DNA of 64,000 nt from an uncultured bacterium (lineage in GTDB: Bacteria > Zixibacteria > MSB-5A5 > UBA10806): positions 146,719 to 210,718 of the forward strand of contig CBEUCH010000006.1 of the NCBI GenBank assembly GCA_965541585.1, given 5' to 3'. Under the pieces are notes generated by a model, which had not been told where the DNA came from, searched no databases, and saw only the letters and a program-made list of their open reading frames with translations. The translations under genes and the position numbers were made by a program. Shown one piece after another: positions 49,394 through 59,864 of the stretch. Position 1 is the stretch's first letter, and each line of letters starts with the position of its first letter.

Positions 49394-50254
49394 ATGTGTA
49401 CAGCAGATAAAAAATTCTGTAAATGTGGGAGTGAAAAACCATATGTAGATTGTTGCGAACCGTATTATTCTATGTTGGATCTTAACAGTGATGAATTGGA
49501 ACCACTATTAATTGATTGGAGATTACGCTATGGCTTTGCGACTTGCGAAGGATTTCACAAGAGAGCGTCAACATTTTCCTTTAGGATTTCCATATATCTT
49601 GACTCTATTATAAATAAGTATTTGCCCTTAGGATACTTAGAGAATCGTGATGATGATACTGATGAAACAATAATATCCATAAAACATAATATCTTATTAG
49701 GCCTGTTTGGAGCTTATTCCTGCCTTTCTGAAGGTCTTTTTATTCAAAGCGGTATATTGTTGCGTTCTGTAGTTGAGGACTGTTTTATATTAGTAGATAT
49801 TTTTCTAAATCCGGATCAACTTAGAAGAGTCCTAGACAATAAGTATTCAACCAGCAAATTGCTGTCTCGCATAAAAAATGAAATTCCTGCAGAATTAATT
49901 GATTATTATGGTTATTTTTCGGCGAACTTCTCTCATTTTGGAGCAGTCCATCCTGCTCCATATAGGCCCAGAGCGTGTTACGAGGACAATTGGGTTCTTG
50001 TTCTTGGAATAGAAAATCTAATTCGAGCAATCCTTACATTTCATATATCATTAGAGAGGATATATTTTAAACAAACGCGGGATCCATTTTTTTGGGAAAA
50101 AGATGTTCATAATAATCGATTATGTTTTAATGGTGATAATATTGTCTACGATTGGGTAAATAAATTAATAAAGGAATTACAAAAATCTTTCCCCCCAGAT
50201 GAGCGAAAAAATGGATTTGAATATACCGAGAAAAGTTATAAACTCAAGAAATAG
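49394..50254 (+). CDS. SEC-C motif protein with helical (HEPN/DUF5677-like) domain; AT-rich
   Basis: CKCGSEKPYVDCC SEC-C motif; ILLRSVVE and YGYFSANFSH; visibly low GC. Confidence 0.7.
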   Translation: MCTADKKFCKCGSEKPYVDCCEPYYSMLDLNSDELEPLLIDWRLRYGFATCEGFHKRASTFSFRISIYLDSIINKYLPLGYLENRDDDTDETIISIKHNILLGLFGAYSCLSEGLFIQSGILLRSVVEDCFILVDIFLNPDQLRRVLDNKYSTSKLLSRIKNEIPAELIDYYGYFSANFSHFGAVHPAPYRPRACYEDNWVLVLGIENLIRAILTFHISLERIYFKQTRDPFFWEKDVHNNRLCFNGDNIVYDWVNKLIKELQKSFPPDERKNGFEYTEKSYKLKK

Positions 50255-50272
50255 CTTTTTAGAATACTGCGG

Positions 50273-50300
50273 GTACGGGCGTATTGCAATACGCCCCTAC
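50273..50300. repeat. GTAG-type REP palindrome
   Basis: GTACGGGCGTATTGCAATACGCCCCTAC, near-perfect palindrome. Confidence 0.7.
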
Positions 50301-50322
50301 AACGTAATATTGAAATTCCAAA

Positions 50323-50607
50323 ATGTCCGAAAACGATAACACCCCCACAGAATACCCCATAGACGGCACCCTGGATCTGCATACGTTCCAACCGAAGGAT
50401 GTGAAACAACTGGTGCCGGATTATATAGACGCCTGCGTAGAGAAAGGAATATATCAGATCCGGATCATCCACGGCAAGGGGACCGGGACGTTACGGCGAG
50501 TGGTTCAAAGCATTCTTGCGAAACATCCCGCGGTTGAACGATTCCAGCATGAGAGTGGTTCAGGCGGCAGCTGGGGCGCCACGGTGGTCGATCTGAAAGA
50601 GAATTGA
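50323..50607 (+). CDS. Stand-alone Smr/MutS2 C-terminal domain protein
   Basis: LDLH, IIHGKGTGTLR, GSWGATVV. Confidence 0.9.
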   Translation: MSENDNTPTEYPIDGTLDLHTFQPKDVKQLVPDYIDACVEKGIYQIRIIHGKGTGTLRRVVQSILAKHPAVERFQHESGSGGSWGATVVDLKEN

Positions 50608-50674
50608 TATATTATAGCCTGCAGCCGACGGGTTGGTTTTTACTTTCGAGGATAGATATTGTCGCGATAAATTG

Positions 50675-51187
50675 TTAAAAGCGGCGTTTTTTCTTTTGCG
50701 CTTTTAGTTTTCGACGCAACTTCGCCCAATGCTCCTCGGCCAGTATATATCCGATACAACGCGGCGATCCGCAGCGGCAAGGATGATCCTCATGGGCATC
50801 GTAGTCATAGCCGTAATTATATGATATCTCCTCGCCCTTCTTTATATCCCGCATGGCGATGATCCAGATACGACCGCGGATAATATCGGTCTCGCAGTTG
50901 AAATCGCAGGAATGGTTTATATATTTGGCGGTGTTCCACCATACACTGCCGTCTATATCGTGACGTTTATTTAATGTGAAAATATAAACGATTCCTTTTC
51001 CGTTGTTCCCGTACTGCGATTTCTCCCAGGCGATTTCGTACCTGCGATCGGATTCGACCTTGGTGATTCTATCACCGACATATTCAATAACCCGTGTCCC
51101 CTCCGGGATATCGGTTCTGGCGAATACGCCGGTGCCATGAATCCTTGATTTTCTGACAACGATGTATGGCGATGTCATCCTTTTCAT
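50675..51187 (-). CDS. SET domain lysine methyltransferase
   Basis: IHGTGVFA, YINHSC, GEEISYNY, post-SET CRCGSPRC. Confidence 0.92.
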   Translation of the reverse strand: MKRMTSPYIVVRKSRIHGTGVFARTDIPEGTRVIEYVGDRITKVESDRRYEIAWEKSQYGNNGKGIVYIFTLNKRHDIDGSVWWNTAKYINHSCDFNCETDIIRGRIWIIAMRDIKKGEEISYNYGYDYDAHEDHPCRCGSPRCIGYILAEEHWAKLRRKLKAQKKKRRF

Positions 51188-51308
51188 TTATTTATCCCTC
51201 TGCGAGCCAATCATTGCCGGTCTTCATAACCTTATTTATAAAATTCCCCCGGGATGTTACGCCGCATCTATCCCGAGGGAATAATAGCTCAGTTAGAAGA
51301 AAGCGCAA

Positions 51309-53591
51309 TTACTTTATCAACGTCATCTTGTTAACGGCGGTTTTTTCTCCTGCGGTCAGCCTGTAGAAATAGACGCCGGAGGGTACGGTATCGCCGTTCC
51401 AGAGCAGCTCATGCTCTCCGGCGGCCGCATAACCGGTCAACAGGGTCTCTATCTTCTGGCCGAGAATATTGAAAACCTCCAGCCGCACGGTTGCCGGGTC
51501 GGCCAGCCTGAACTTGATGATGGTGGAATTGTTGAACGGGTTCGGATAATTGCCGATTAACGCGAAATTCGACGGCGTTTGTACATCGTCATCGGTAACA
51601 TCCGTAGGCTGTCCGATAATCACGACATATTCCTGATCGTCAGTATCATTCGACGAATCGGTGCATTCGATTGTAAAAGCGAATTCCCACTCGGTTGTGG
51701 GGATTCCGGTTATCTCACCGGTGTTCTCGTTCAATGTCAAACCGGTTGGCAGACTGCCGTCGGTAACCTCGAACGAATAGGGATCATTGCCTCCCCGGGC
51801 TTCGATAAGAGCTTCGTATTCTTCCCCGAGATCACCGTCAGGCAACTCGGTGGTAACGATGTTCATTTCGTAGCTTTCAGAATAGGCGCTTCTCAAGATC
51901 CAGTCGTCGATATCGAACTGCAGCGACGTGGGATTACCGCTCACCACGAATCGGAAATCGTCCTCGCGGCTGTCGTTCCAGACGGTGATCATCGTGTCCA
52001 CTCCCTCTATCCTGGGATAGACCTTGATCGGCATCGTGAAAACCTCTGGAGCCGGCGATCCCTGTGTCTGGCTGATATGAAGAAAGACTTCGTGACGCCC
52101 GTTGTCCGTTTCCTCGCTCATCCAGGAGTATCTATAAATCGGGCGGTTCCTTCCCCAGACCCACTGATCGAAAAACCAGCCCAGATCGGCGCCATAGTAC
52201 TCCTCCATGATATGCTGGAACTCACGAGTCTGAATTGTACCGTACTGATGGTCGGGATGATTGGCATATGCATACATGCCATCGAAGAAAGCGTCATCCC
52301 CCATCACTCCCCGGAGTATATGCAGAACCCATGAGCCTTTGTCATAGACAGTATTGCCGTCGAATAGAGGATTGGGATCGTAAATCGGGCCGCTGGGATC
52401 ATTGACGTCATTGTTGTATCGCATGTAGTTTAAATAGGCATTATGACCCTGAAGCTGTTCTGTCCATAATGCCTCCAAATAAGAAGCAAATCCCTCGTTC
52501 ATCCAGATATCGGGCCAGGTATCACAGCTTATCATATCGCCGAACCACATATGCGCTAATTCATGGACCAGTATCCAGTCGTAGGCATGGTCTCCCCGAA
52601 TCAGCGCCCTCCCATAGCTGGTATTACACTGGTGCTCCATGGCGCCGCCCCAGGGGAATATGGAATGCCCGTATTTTTCTCTTATGAATGGGTATTCGCC
52701 GAATAAATCTGCTAAGATTCCCATCGCCTCCGCCGTGATACTCAGATCTTCGACGGCCTCGTCAAAATGCTCGGGATAAACGTAGTTGACAATCGGCATG
52801 GAGTCGCCCTCGGCGTAGTAATACCAGTCGGTGAAGCTCTGATAATTGGTTATGGCCAGCGAGATCAAGTATGTTGTGATAGGATAAGAAATATGCCAGC
52901 TAAAAGTCCGGGTGCCGTCACCATTATCGATTTCGCTGACCAGGGCACCGTTGGATGTGGCAACCAGGCTATCGGGCACCGTGATTATGACATCCGCGGA
53001 GTCGCCCTTATCATGAGGAATATCCTTGCAGGGCCACCATTCGCGAGCGCCCTCCGGTTCCGACAGGGTGGAGATTATGGGCTGATCAGGGTGCTCATCG
53101 TCACCGTGCTCATCCCAGCTGAACGACCCCCAGCCGCCTCCCGGCGGATGACCACCATAGTAAATCACCGTTGTGAATTGCTCCCCCGTGTCGTAAACAC
53201 GATCCAGGGTGATTTCAAGAACGCTGCCCTGGTGGGAAAAAGCAGCAGGATTGCCATACAATCTCACCGAATCGACATCCATGGCATAGTGCAGGTCATA
53301 CTCTACCGATGACAGACCATCGACAACAGACTCCGATGTCATGGTGACCTTGCCGGTAATCGATTCTCCGGCAATGTCGGTGACGTCGATATCCAGCTCC
53401 CAGTATTTGACATCGTAATCGGATTGATCAAGCAAGAGGCCCTGCTCCTGCCGCTCCATAAGCTTTTGATAATAAAGGGATTTCATCTTCCACTCGGCAT
53501 CGCGGAATTCATCATGGCTAATCTCCTGGGCGAAAAGCGCGGCCGAAAAGGAAAGGATCAAAATACCCGCAAATAACAGCTTCGATTTCAT
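51309..53591 (-). CDS. M1 family aminopeptidase with putative Ig domain and C-terminal secretion domain
   Basis: GAMEH, HELAHMW-x-NEGFA, YDKG; LPTGLTL Ig motif; GNYPNPFN. Confidence 0.92.
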   Translation of the reverse strand: MKSKLLFAGILILSFSAALFAQEISHDEFRDAEWKMKSLYYQKLMERQEQGLLLDQSDYDVKYWELDIDVTDIAGESITGKVTMTSESVVDGLSSVEYDLHYAMDVDSVRLYGNPAAFSHQGSVLEITLDRVYDTGEQFTTVIYYGGHPPGGGWGSFSWDEHGDDEHPDQPIISTLSEPEGAREWWPCKDIPHDKGDSADVIITVPDSLVATSNGALVSEIDNGDGTRTFSWHISYPITTYLISLAITNYQSFTDWYYYAEGDSMPIVNYVYPEHFDEAVEDLSITAEAMGILADLFGEYPFIREKYGHSIFPWGGAMEHQCNTSYGRALIRGDHAYDWILVHELAHMWFGDMISCDTWPDIWMNEGFASYLEALWTEQLQGHNAYLNYMRYNNDVNDPSGPIYDPNPLFDGNTVYDKGSWVLHILRGVMGDDAFFDGMYAYANHPDHQYGTIQTREFQHIMEEYYGADLGWFFDQWVWGRNRPIYRYSWMSEETDNGRHEVFLHISQTQGSPAPEVFTMPIKVYPRIEGVDTMITVWNDSREDDFRFVVSGNPTSLQFDIDDWILRSAYSESYEMNIVTTELPDGDLGEEYEALIEARGGNDPYSFEVTDGSLPTGLTLNENTGEITGIPTTEWEFAFTIECTDSSNDTDDQEYVVIIGQPTDVTDDDVQTPSNFALIGNYPNPFNNSTIIKFRLADPATVRLEVFNILGQKIETLLTGYAAAGEHELLWNGDTVPSGVYFYRLTAGEKTAVNKMTLIK

Positions 53592-54134
53592 CGCATCCTC
53601 GACTTTTTAAGTTAAAAAAACGAAAACCATTTACGTTTCCAATATATAAAATAATGCCGATTTGTCAATTCCTATAAGCAACGTGCGGCAACCATAATGG
53701 GCGACAATTGATAACTGTTATCGCCTGGACACAAAAGCAGATGCCGCGGGGAAGAAAAGAAGGCTGACGATTTGAGCACGACCCTGCCGATGATATCGTA
53801 CTGGGTGGAAGAGAGGGGAAAAGGTATGTCTATGGCCACTATGATGGCCACATATATTCGAGGACGATCGCCTATGCTTTGGAATATAGAGACAGATATC
53901 TTTGACTGGAGTTCCGGACGGCAGTGGGCGTGAGTGAAATACGCGAGGCTGAAGAGCATATATTGCAATCTCTTAGGTTTAAATAAGCCCCTGGGGTCAT
54001 GGGGCGCATCCCGGGAAAAGGGCCGTAGATTCCCGGCCCGCCCGGCAAATTACATCATTTTGGTTTGCTTTGGCCATATATATGACATCGTTTTTACTTG
54101 ACAACGGAAGAGTAAACGATAGATTAACCCGTCT

Positions 54135-55973
54135 ATGAAGCGACCCGGAATTGAGACAGACAGTCAACTATTTTATAGTGCACATACATTCCATATCCCG
54201 GTGATGGGTACAGGATTCACGATTGACACCCCGTTACGCGTAGCGAAATACGGAATCTCGTCGGTGATCTCGCTGGTGGATGATGTTCTGATCGAGCAAA
54301 TTCGGAAATTCCATTGCGAAAGAGAGAATGAGCCATACGAAGAAATCACCAATCGCGGCGAGGACGCTCGCGCCCGCCGCATTACTGCCTACCTGGACCT
54401 TGTGAACTGCCTGGTCAGTCGTCAGGTTAGGGAATTGCAGGCATCGCCTTTCGAAGAGGGCAGTGAGATAACCCGTTATTACAAGATGCTTCCGGAGTCG
54501 CATCTCAAGCGGATCTACTATGATATGCTTGCAACCGCTGATCCAGCGGAGAAAGTCAGGCTGCAGGAGATGCTCCGGCGCTATGCCGTGCCGGGCAACA
54601 TCAACGTCAATATCTTGACTAAACTGGACCGCGACGTTTACCGCAATGGTAGAAAACTCTCGCCGGAACACAGTGACGCCATCTCGGCCTTGCGGGGTTA
54701 TGCCAACAGCGCTTTGCGCTCCTCCATCATTTTCTCGGCAGGCATGAACCAGCGCCTCTATGGATATATCGCCAAACTCGATGACTTTTTTCACGATGAA
54801 AATTGTGTCCTTAAAAAGAAGATTGTCCTGAAAGTAAGCGATTACCGCTCAGCTATCGTGCAGGGCAAATACCTCGCTAAACGGGGACTCTGGGTATCAG
54901 AATATCGTATCGAATCAGGCCTCAATTGTGGCGGTCACACCTTCGCCACGGCCGGTCACCTGATGGGGCCGATCCTGGAGGAATTCAAACAGAAAAAGAC
55001 AGAACTCATTGAGAAGCTCCACGCCATCTATACCAAGGCGCTTGCCGCAATAGGCCGATCACGGAACGAGGAGCCGCACGATTTACGTATCACCGTACAG
55101 GGAGGTATCGGCACCACCAGTGAGAACGAACTCCTGCTGAAATACTTCGAAGTCGATGGCACCGGTTGGGGCACGCCTTTTCTGCTTGTGCCAGAGGTGA
55201 CCAATGTCGACGAGCTACACCTGAAGAAGTTGTCCACCGCTGAAGACCGGGACGTTTATCCAAGCGACAGTTCGCCCATGGGGATTCCTTTCTGGAATCT
55301 GCGGTCCTCGGCGAGCGAAGATGCCCGCCGCCAGCGGATCAAGGATGGTAGGCCCGGTAGCCGCTGCCCGAAGGGCTATCTGGTTTCCAATACGGAGTTC
55401 ACAAAAATTCCGATCTGTCACGCCTCCTACGCCTATCAGAGGCTCAAGCTCAAACAGCTTCTGGAGGAGGAACTTCCGGCGAAGAAGCGCTCCGCGCTGG
55501 AGGGCAACGTGCTTGGTAAATCCTGCATCTGCCATGACCTGGCCGGCGGCGCAGCCTTGAAAACCGGCATCGATAAGGATGCCGATCCCGCAGTCTGTTG
55601 CGGCCCTAACATTGTGAATTTCTCGATGATGGCAACTCTGGATGAAATGGTAAGCCACATCTATGGGCAGATATCGCTTTTGACTCGCCCCGATCGTCCG
55701 CATATGTTCATCCGGGAACTTACACTCTACGTCGATTATCTCCGCAAGGAGATCGAACGAATCTCCCTGGATCTGTCCGCCCGAACCCCGAAATACATCC
55801 GTGAATTCAAGGAGAACCTGCTCAGCGGTATTGAATACTACCGGGGGCTGGCGGAAAAGTTTGTCGAGGAAAAACAGAAGCGTTTCCTGGATGATCTCAG
55901 AGACTTAAGCGAGGAGATCGAGCAAATTAAGCTTTTGCCTGCAGTGGAAGTCTGCGCTGAAATTGGTTCATAG
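54135..55973 (+). CDS. Hypothetical protein, possibly a flavin-dependent TIM-barrel enzyme with a Cys-rich region
   Basis: 612-aa ORF; IPVMGTG, ESGLNCGGH, VQGGIG, GWGTPFL; several Cys in the C-terminal half. Confidence 0.75.
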   Translation: MKRPGIETDSQLFYSAHTFHIPVMGTGFTIDTPLRVAKYGISSVISLVDDVLIEQIRKFHCERENEPYEEITNRGEDARARRITAYLDLVNCLVSRQVRELQASPFEEGSEITRYYKMLPESHLKRIYYDMLATADPAEKVRLQEMLRRYAVPGNINVNILTKLDRDVYRNGRKLSPEHSDAISALRGYANSALRSSIIFSAGMNQRLYGYIAKLDDFFHDENCVLKKKIVLKVSDYRSAIVQGKYLAKRGLWVSEYRIESGLNCGGHTFATAGHLMGPILEEFKQKKTELIEKLHAIYTKALAAIGRSRNEEPHDLRITVQGGIGTTSENELLLKYFEVDGTGWGTPFLLVPEVTNVDELHLKKLSTAEDRDVYPSDSSPMGIPFWNLRSSASEDARRQRIKDGRPGSRCPKGYLVSNTEFTKIPICHASYAYQRLKLKQLLEEELPAKKRSALEGNVLGKSCICHDLAGGAALKTGIDKDADPAVCCGPNIVNFSMMATLDEMVSHIYGQISLLTRPDRPHMFIRELTLYVDYLRKEIERISLDLSARTPKYIREFKENLLSGIEYYRGLAEKFVEEKQKRFLDDLRDLSEEIEQIKLLPAVEVCAEIGS

Positions 55974-56047
55974 CCCTGATTGCTCTCCGATTACCTTATT
56001 CAACTATCTAATGAAGAACCGCCGATCTCTCTAATTTCGGCATTCCG

Positions 56048-56209
56048 ATGATTCTATATGATCCGAAAGCAAGCGTCATCGGCTGGCTGGTGTTAATGAT
56101 TTTTATAGCGCCGTTTTTGCAGCTTCTGGCTACGGTTTTCAAGGATATATGGTGCCGGGTGGAGAGGGAATTAATTCAGGTTAATAAGCTGGGTGGTCGA
56201 ATCTTTTGA
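56048..56209 (+). CDS. Possible small membrane protein or gene remnant (53 aa)
   Basis: MILYDPKASVIGWLVLMIFIAPFLQLLATVF...; one hydrophobic helix; no clear RBS. Confidence 0.25.
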   Translation: MILYDPKASVIGWLVLMIFIAPFLQLLATVFKDIWCRVERELIQVNKLGGRIF

Positions 56210-56485
56210 GCACGAGACTAGGCCCATCACGGGCAGTAAAAAAACAGCATTAACGATATCGCTTTCCGTGTCATAATCTTATTCTCCTAAGAACAGATCC
56301 ATAATCTAAAAGAGATTCAATTCAGGCAAAGGCCTGCAATTTATCCGACTAATATAGGGATACGGATTTATTCCGTGGAGGTTTCGCGGTTATATAGGCC
56401 GGATTTCAAATAAGCCCGACACAATAAAAAGCTAATTCGGCCGGTAATTTCAGTATGAAGCGAGACAGCCGCGGTTCTGAGTTTT

Positions 56486-56797
56486 TTACTTAACAGGCCC
56501 GCGAGTGATTGCAGTTATCTTGTCCATTACATCAAACTGCTTTACGCTCATTTCACTGAGCGCCGGATGACTGCTGACGGCAGCGGCAAGCGGTCCTTCG
56601 AGGAAAGTTGTCAGAGAGGCCGCATCGTTGAAGAAATAGATTCCTCCCGCTTCACTTTCGGTTTCGTTCATTAGCCAGATTTTCCATTGCAAACCGTCAA
56701 CCGCCGCGAATTTGTCCGCCAGCGGAGACACGGCCTGCTCATACTCTGCTCCCGAAACGTTAAATTTAAAATTTAGCTGTAGAATTTTCCCGGCCAT
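56486..56797 (-). CDS. YdhR family putative monooxygenase
   Basis: LQLNF, GLQWKIW, EAGGIY.F, ITRGP; AAGGAG RBS. Confidence 0.85.
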   Translation of the reverse strand: MAGKILQLNFKFNVSGAEYEQAVSPLADKFAAVDGLQWKIWLMNETESEAGGIYFFNDAASLTTFLEGPLAAAVSSHPALSEMSVKQFDVMDKITAITRGPVK

Positions 56798-56884
56798 CGT
56801 TATTTCTCCTTATGTTTTTTTGATTTTCACATTGTACGTCATAAGAATATTTTGCAATGTTTTATTAAGATGAACAACTGTTTT

Positions 56885-58210
56885 TTATTTTAAAAGTATC
56901 ATTTTTTTCGTTTCTTTATAATCCCCGGCTTGAATCCTGTAAAAATAAATGGCGGATGGTCTGTTTTCTGCATTCCAGACAACCTGATGATATCCGGCAG
57001 ACTGCCTTTCGCTGAGGAGCGTTTCAATCTTACGCCCTTTTATGTCGTAAATCGTGATCTCCAAATCGGAGGCCTCATGTAAAGTATAACGTAAGGAGGT
57101 TGAGGCATTAAAAGGATTCGGGTAGTTGCCCAGCGTCGAAAACTTTTCGGGAATATTCTCGGGATCATCGACAGAGACCGGAATTTCCCAATCGAGGAAA
57201 TAGACATCATCATAGTAATATTCGTAGTTATGGGCTCCACCGAAAATAGTCGCCCGATGATCGGCAAAATCGCCGATTATGGTTGTGAACCTTCCCCTCG
57301 GTGAAGGTATCTGACCGGTGGGTATGAGTTCGGTATACTGAATTGAATCGAGATCTATCTCCCAGAGATCGCTCAGGCCTGGTCCGGGGTAGGAGGAAAA
57401 TCCGGCGAAGAAAAGGGCCCTGTTATTGCGCTTATCATACAAGAGAGGGCAGTAGCCTCTTGCAATCGGGTGCGGTGGATCCGGGTCGTATGCGGTCCAG
57501 GTTCCAGTGTCAAGATCGAGTACCCATAGTTCGTCAATATATTCCGGACCCGGTCGATAACCCCCGTATACCAGCATATTGGGACTGTCCTGCAATATCA
57601 GGATCGGCGCCCCTTCTCTCGGCGTAGGCGGAGTATTCTCATATTCTAAATTTCTCCAGGTGTAAGTTTCGAGATCCAGAATCCAGGTTGTATTATACCT
57701 TTCCCAGCCCCAGCGGCCGCCGAACATAACCATTTCGTGGGCGCTCCAGCGGTAGGTGGCATAATTACACCTTGTGGGCGGCGGCCATTCGCCGGATGGT
57801 TCTATCTGTTCCCAGAGCATGGTGTTAAGATTAAGAACCCACAATTGATCCGTTATGTCTCCGCCCGGATATGTGACGCCGCCAAAGATTACCATTGAGG
57901 TATCGTCAGGATTATAAATGGCGCAATGAGACCGAAGTACGAGCGGCCCGTTATTTTCCGGTATTAACTGAGTCCATTCCATGGTAACAGGATCGAGCGA
58001 CCATAAATCACCCAGCGTCTCTCCGAAACGAGCTCCAGCATAGATAATCATCCTATCATGAGCATAATCGTGGATCGCAGTATGGCATATGCGGCCGGGA
58101 GGCGGAGCGTTCTGCACCTCGCCGTAAGTCCAGTGCTCGTTTTCAGCATACACTCCGGCGAATGAGGTAAGCGTGATCAGGCAAATAATAATGACGCTGC
58201 GGGCTGACAT
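56885..58210 (-). CDS. Kelch-repeat beta-propeller protein with C-terminal secretion domain
   Basis: Six FGG..D/ELW..W repeats; signal peptide; GNYPNPFN. Confidence 0.88.
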   Translation of the reverse strand: MSARSVIIICLITLTSFAGVYAENEHWTYGEVQNAPPPGRICHTAIHDYAHDRMIIYAGARFGETLGDLWSLDPVTMEWTQLIPENNGPLVLRSHCAIYNPDDTSMVIFGGVTYPGGDITDQLWVLNLNTMLWEQIEPSGEWPPPTRCNYATYRWSAHEMVMFGGRWGWERYNTTWILDLETYTWRNLEYENTPPTPREGAPILILQDSPNMLVYGGYRPGPEYIDELWVLDLDTGTWTAYDPDPPHPIARGYCPLLYDKRNNRALFFAGFSSYPGPGLSDLWEIDLDSIQYTELIPTGQIPSPRGRFTTIIGDFADHRATIFGGAHNYEYYYDDVYFLDWEIPVSVDDPENIPEKFSTLGNYPNPFNASTSLRYTLHEASDLEITIYDIKGRKIETLLSERQSAGYHQVVWNAENRPSAIYFYRIQAGDYKETKKMILLK

Positions 58211-58327
58211 CTTTTCCCCCTTGTTCATAGGGTGATAAGTAGCCTTTTCCCCGGTGCCTTTCAATGCTGTATTGCTGCATGACAATATACATTCACTAAT
58301 TATGCGTGTCAAGGGAAATTGCCAAAA

Positions 58328-58369
58328 GCCCCCGAACTGTATCGATTGCAGATCACTAAATTTGAGTTT
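58328..58369 (+). repeat. Degenerate copy (R0) of the cassette-delimiting repeat
   Basis: GCCCCCGAACTG...TTG...TTTGAGTTT aligns without gaps to R1 and its tail. Confidence 0.45.
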
Positions 58370-58400
58370 CACCGAGTTAGACATCTCGATAAGGAGTCAG

Positions 58401-58862
58401 TTATTCCTCAAGCTGCACGATCGCCGTGAAAACTTCATCTTCTCCAACGACCCGGCTTCTATGACCCTTGCCGGTAGTATCCTCAACAAGCGTGACGCTT
58501 CCCGGTCCAAACCGCCTGATTTCACCGTCGCTAACCTCAGCCTCTATTGTCCCGGATAAATAGAAAAAGATCTGTCTTTTTGGCGTGGGATGCCAATCTC
58601 CATTCCAGCCCGGAGGCACATTTGCGAACCCGAATCTATTCGCCGGAGAGAAGCTGGAAAGATTTATCGGCGGCGCCGGCGGTGCGAAATCCACCGGTAA
58701 GAATTCTATTTCAATATCTTCAAAATGCGATTCCCCGTTTTCATCGGCATAGACTCGCACATATTTCATTTTATTGTCTCCTTCGGTTTGGCTATGTTTA
58801 CAGCATGACAAAAAAATTAAAATAGCTATTAAAATAATATTAATGACAGCTTTGAACTTCAT
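58401..58862 (-). CDS. Cupin domain protein
   Basis: DENGESHF, WHPTP.RQ, EDTTGKGH; the long form has a lipoprotein signal (FLSC); alternative RBS-preceded start at 58769. Confidence 0.85.
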   Translation of the reverse strand: MKFKAVINIILIAILIFLSCCKHSQTEGDNKMKYVRVYADENGESHFEDIEIEFLPVDFAPPAPPINLSSFSPANRFGFANVPPGWNGDWHPTPKRQIFFYLSGTIEAEVSDGEIRRFGPGSVTLVEDTTGKGHRSRVVGEDEVFTAIVQLEE

Positions 58863-59788
58863 CCGGCTTGTCTCCGGAGCCAGACCCCGATTCTCGAGAC
58901 GACCAGATCCACCGGCTCGACTCCCGGCAGCAGGGTCGACGTGACATCAGGGTATTCCTTGAGAACGGCCTCGGCGAACGAGGATCTGGATTCTGTCCAG
59001 TCGACTATCTCATAGGGGCCGTTTTCCATGAGGATCTTCCACTCCCGGAGTGTCTGGTGATTCAGCGTCTTTAACCGCGCAAGCCGTCTGTCGCCTGTAC
59101 GCTTGCCCTCGTTTTCCGCCACGAAGCGATGATATTCATGTAGCGGGAGACGCGAATGAGCCCATGGTATATCGACCAGGCCCCGCTTGTGGCAACCCCG
59201 GATCCAGCAGAAAGGATCGATCTCGTGATAAATCATTCCTCGCGGCCGAATCACCCGCGCCATCTCCTCCAGGGCATTCTCGACAGGTTGAATATGTTCG
59301 AGCACGGAGCGGGAGAGGATCAAATCGAAACTGCAGTCGGGGAATTCCATCTGCGTCGCCTCCATCGTCAGGAGTTCAACGCGACTGCTCTTAAGGCACT
59401 CTTCAAGGCTTTTGCCGGCACCCATCGTTTCGAGCGCCCCGGCAACCACCCGACGTATGGATTCTGCCTTTTCGTCCCGCCTGTTCAGCCGCAGGTCGAG
59501 ATCGATTCCAACTGCGCGCTTCACAGCCTGCAGGCCGAACAGCATGGTATTGAGACCGTCGCCGCAGCCGACTTCCAGAACCTCGGAATTCTCAAGACTG
59601 CCGTACCGGCGGGTAACGTTCTCGATTAAACGGTTTCCGCGTTTGACCCTTTTTGTGATTGCCCTGGCGTAGTCATCGTCGTTCCAGCCGCTCCGGGGGG
59701 TCACGCTCTTTCGATATGACAGTGCGCGGTTGCGAAAACCGGCAATCACTCGCAGTTCACGGCCGTCCTCTCGGGTGAAGGTCTTCAT
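58859..59788 (-). CDS. Class I SAM-dependent methyltransferase
   Basis: VLEVGCGDG, FDLILS, VLEHI, EMARVIRP.G. Confidence 0.88.
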   Translation of the reverse strand: MKTFTREDGRELRVIAGFRNRALSYRKSVTPRSGWNDDDYARAITKRVKRGNRLIENVTRRYGSLENSEVLEVGCGDGLNTMLFGLQAVKRAVGIDLDLRLNRRDEKAESIRRVVAGALETMGAGKSLEECLKSSRVELLTMEATQMEFPDCSFDLILSRSVLEHIQPVENALEEMARVIRPRGMIYHEIDPFCWIRGCHKRGLVDIPWAHSRLPLHEYHRFVAENEGKRTGDRRLARLKTLNHQTLREWKILMENGPYEIVDWTESRSSFAEAVLKEYPDVTSTLLPGVEPVDLVVSRIGVWLRRQAG

Positions 59789-59837
59789 GGTTCGGCGAAA
59801 ATATAATACATATTTGTAGATTATAAGATATAAAATG

Positions 59838-59864
59838 CTCCCCGAATTGAAAGAATTGCGAACC
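59838..59864 (+). repeat. 27-bp direct repeat R1
   Basis: CTCCCCGAATTGAAAGAATTGCGAACC. Confidence 0.9.

Noticed and set aside
53672..53968. ORF in the gap after the M1 peptidase gene
   Set aside because: No RBS or motifs; at most a gene remnant
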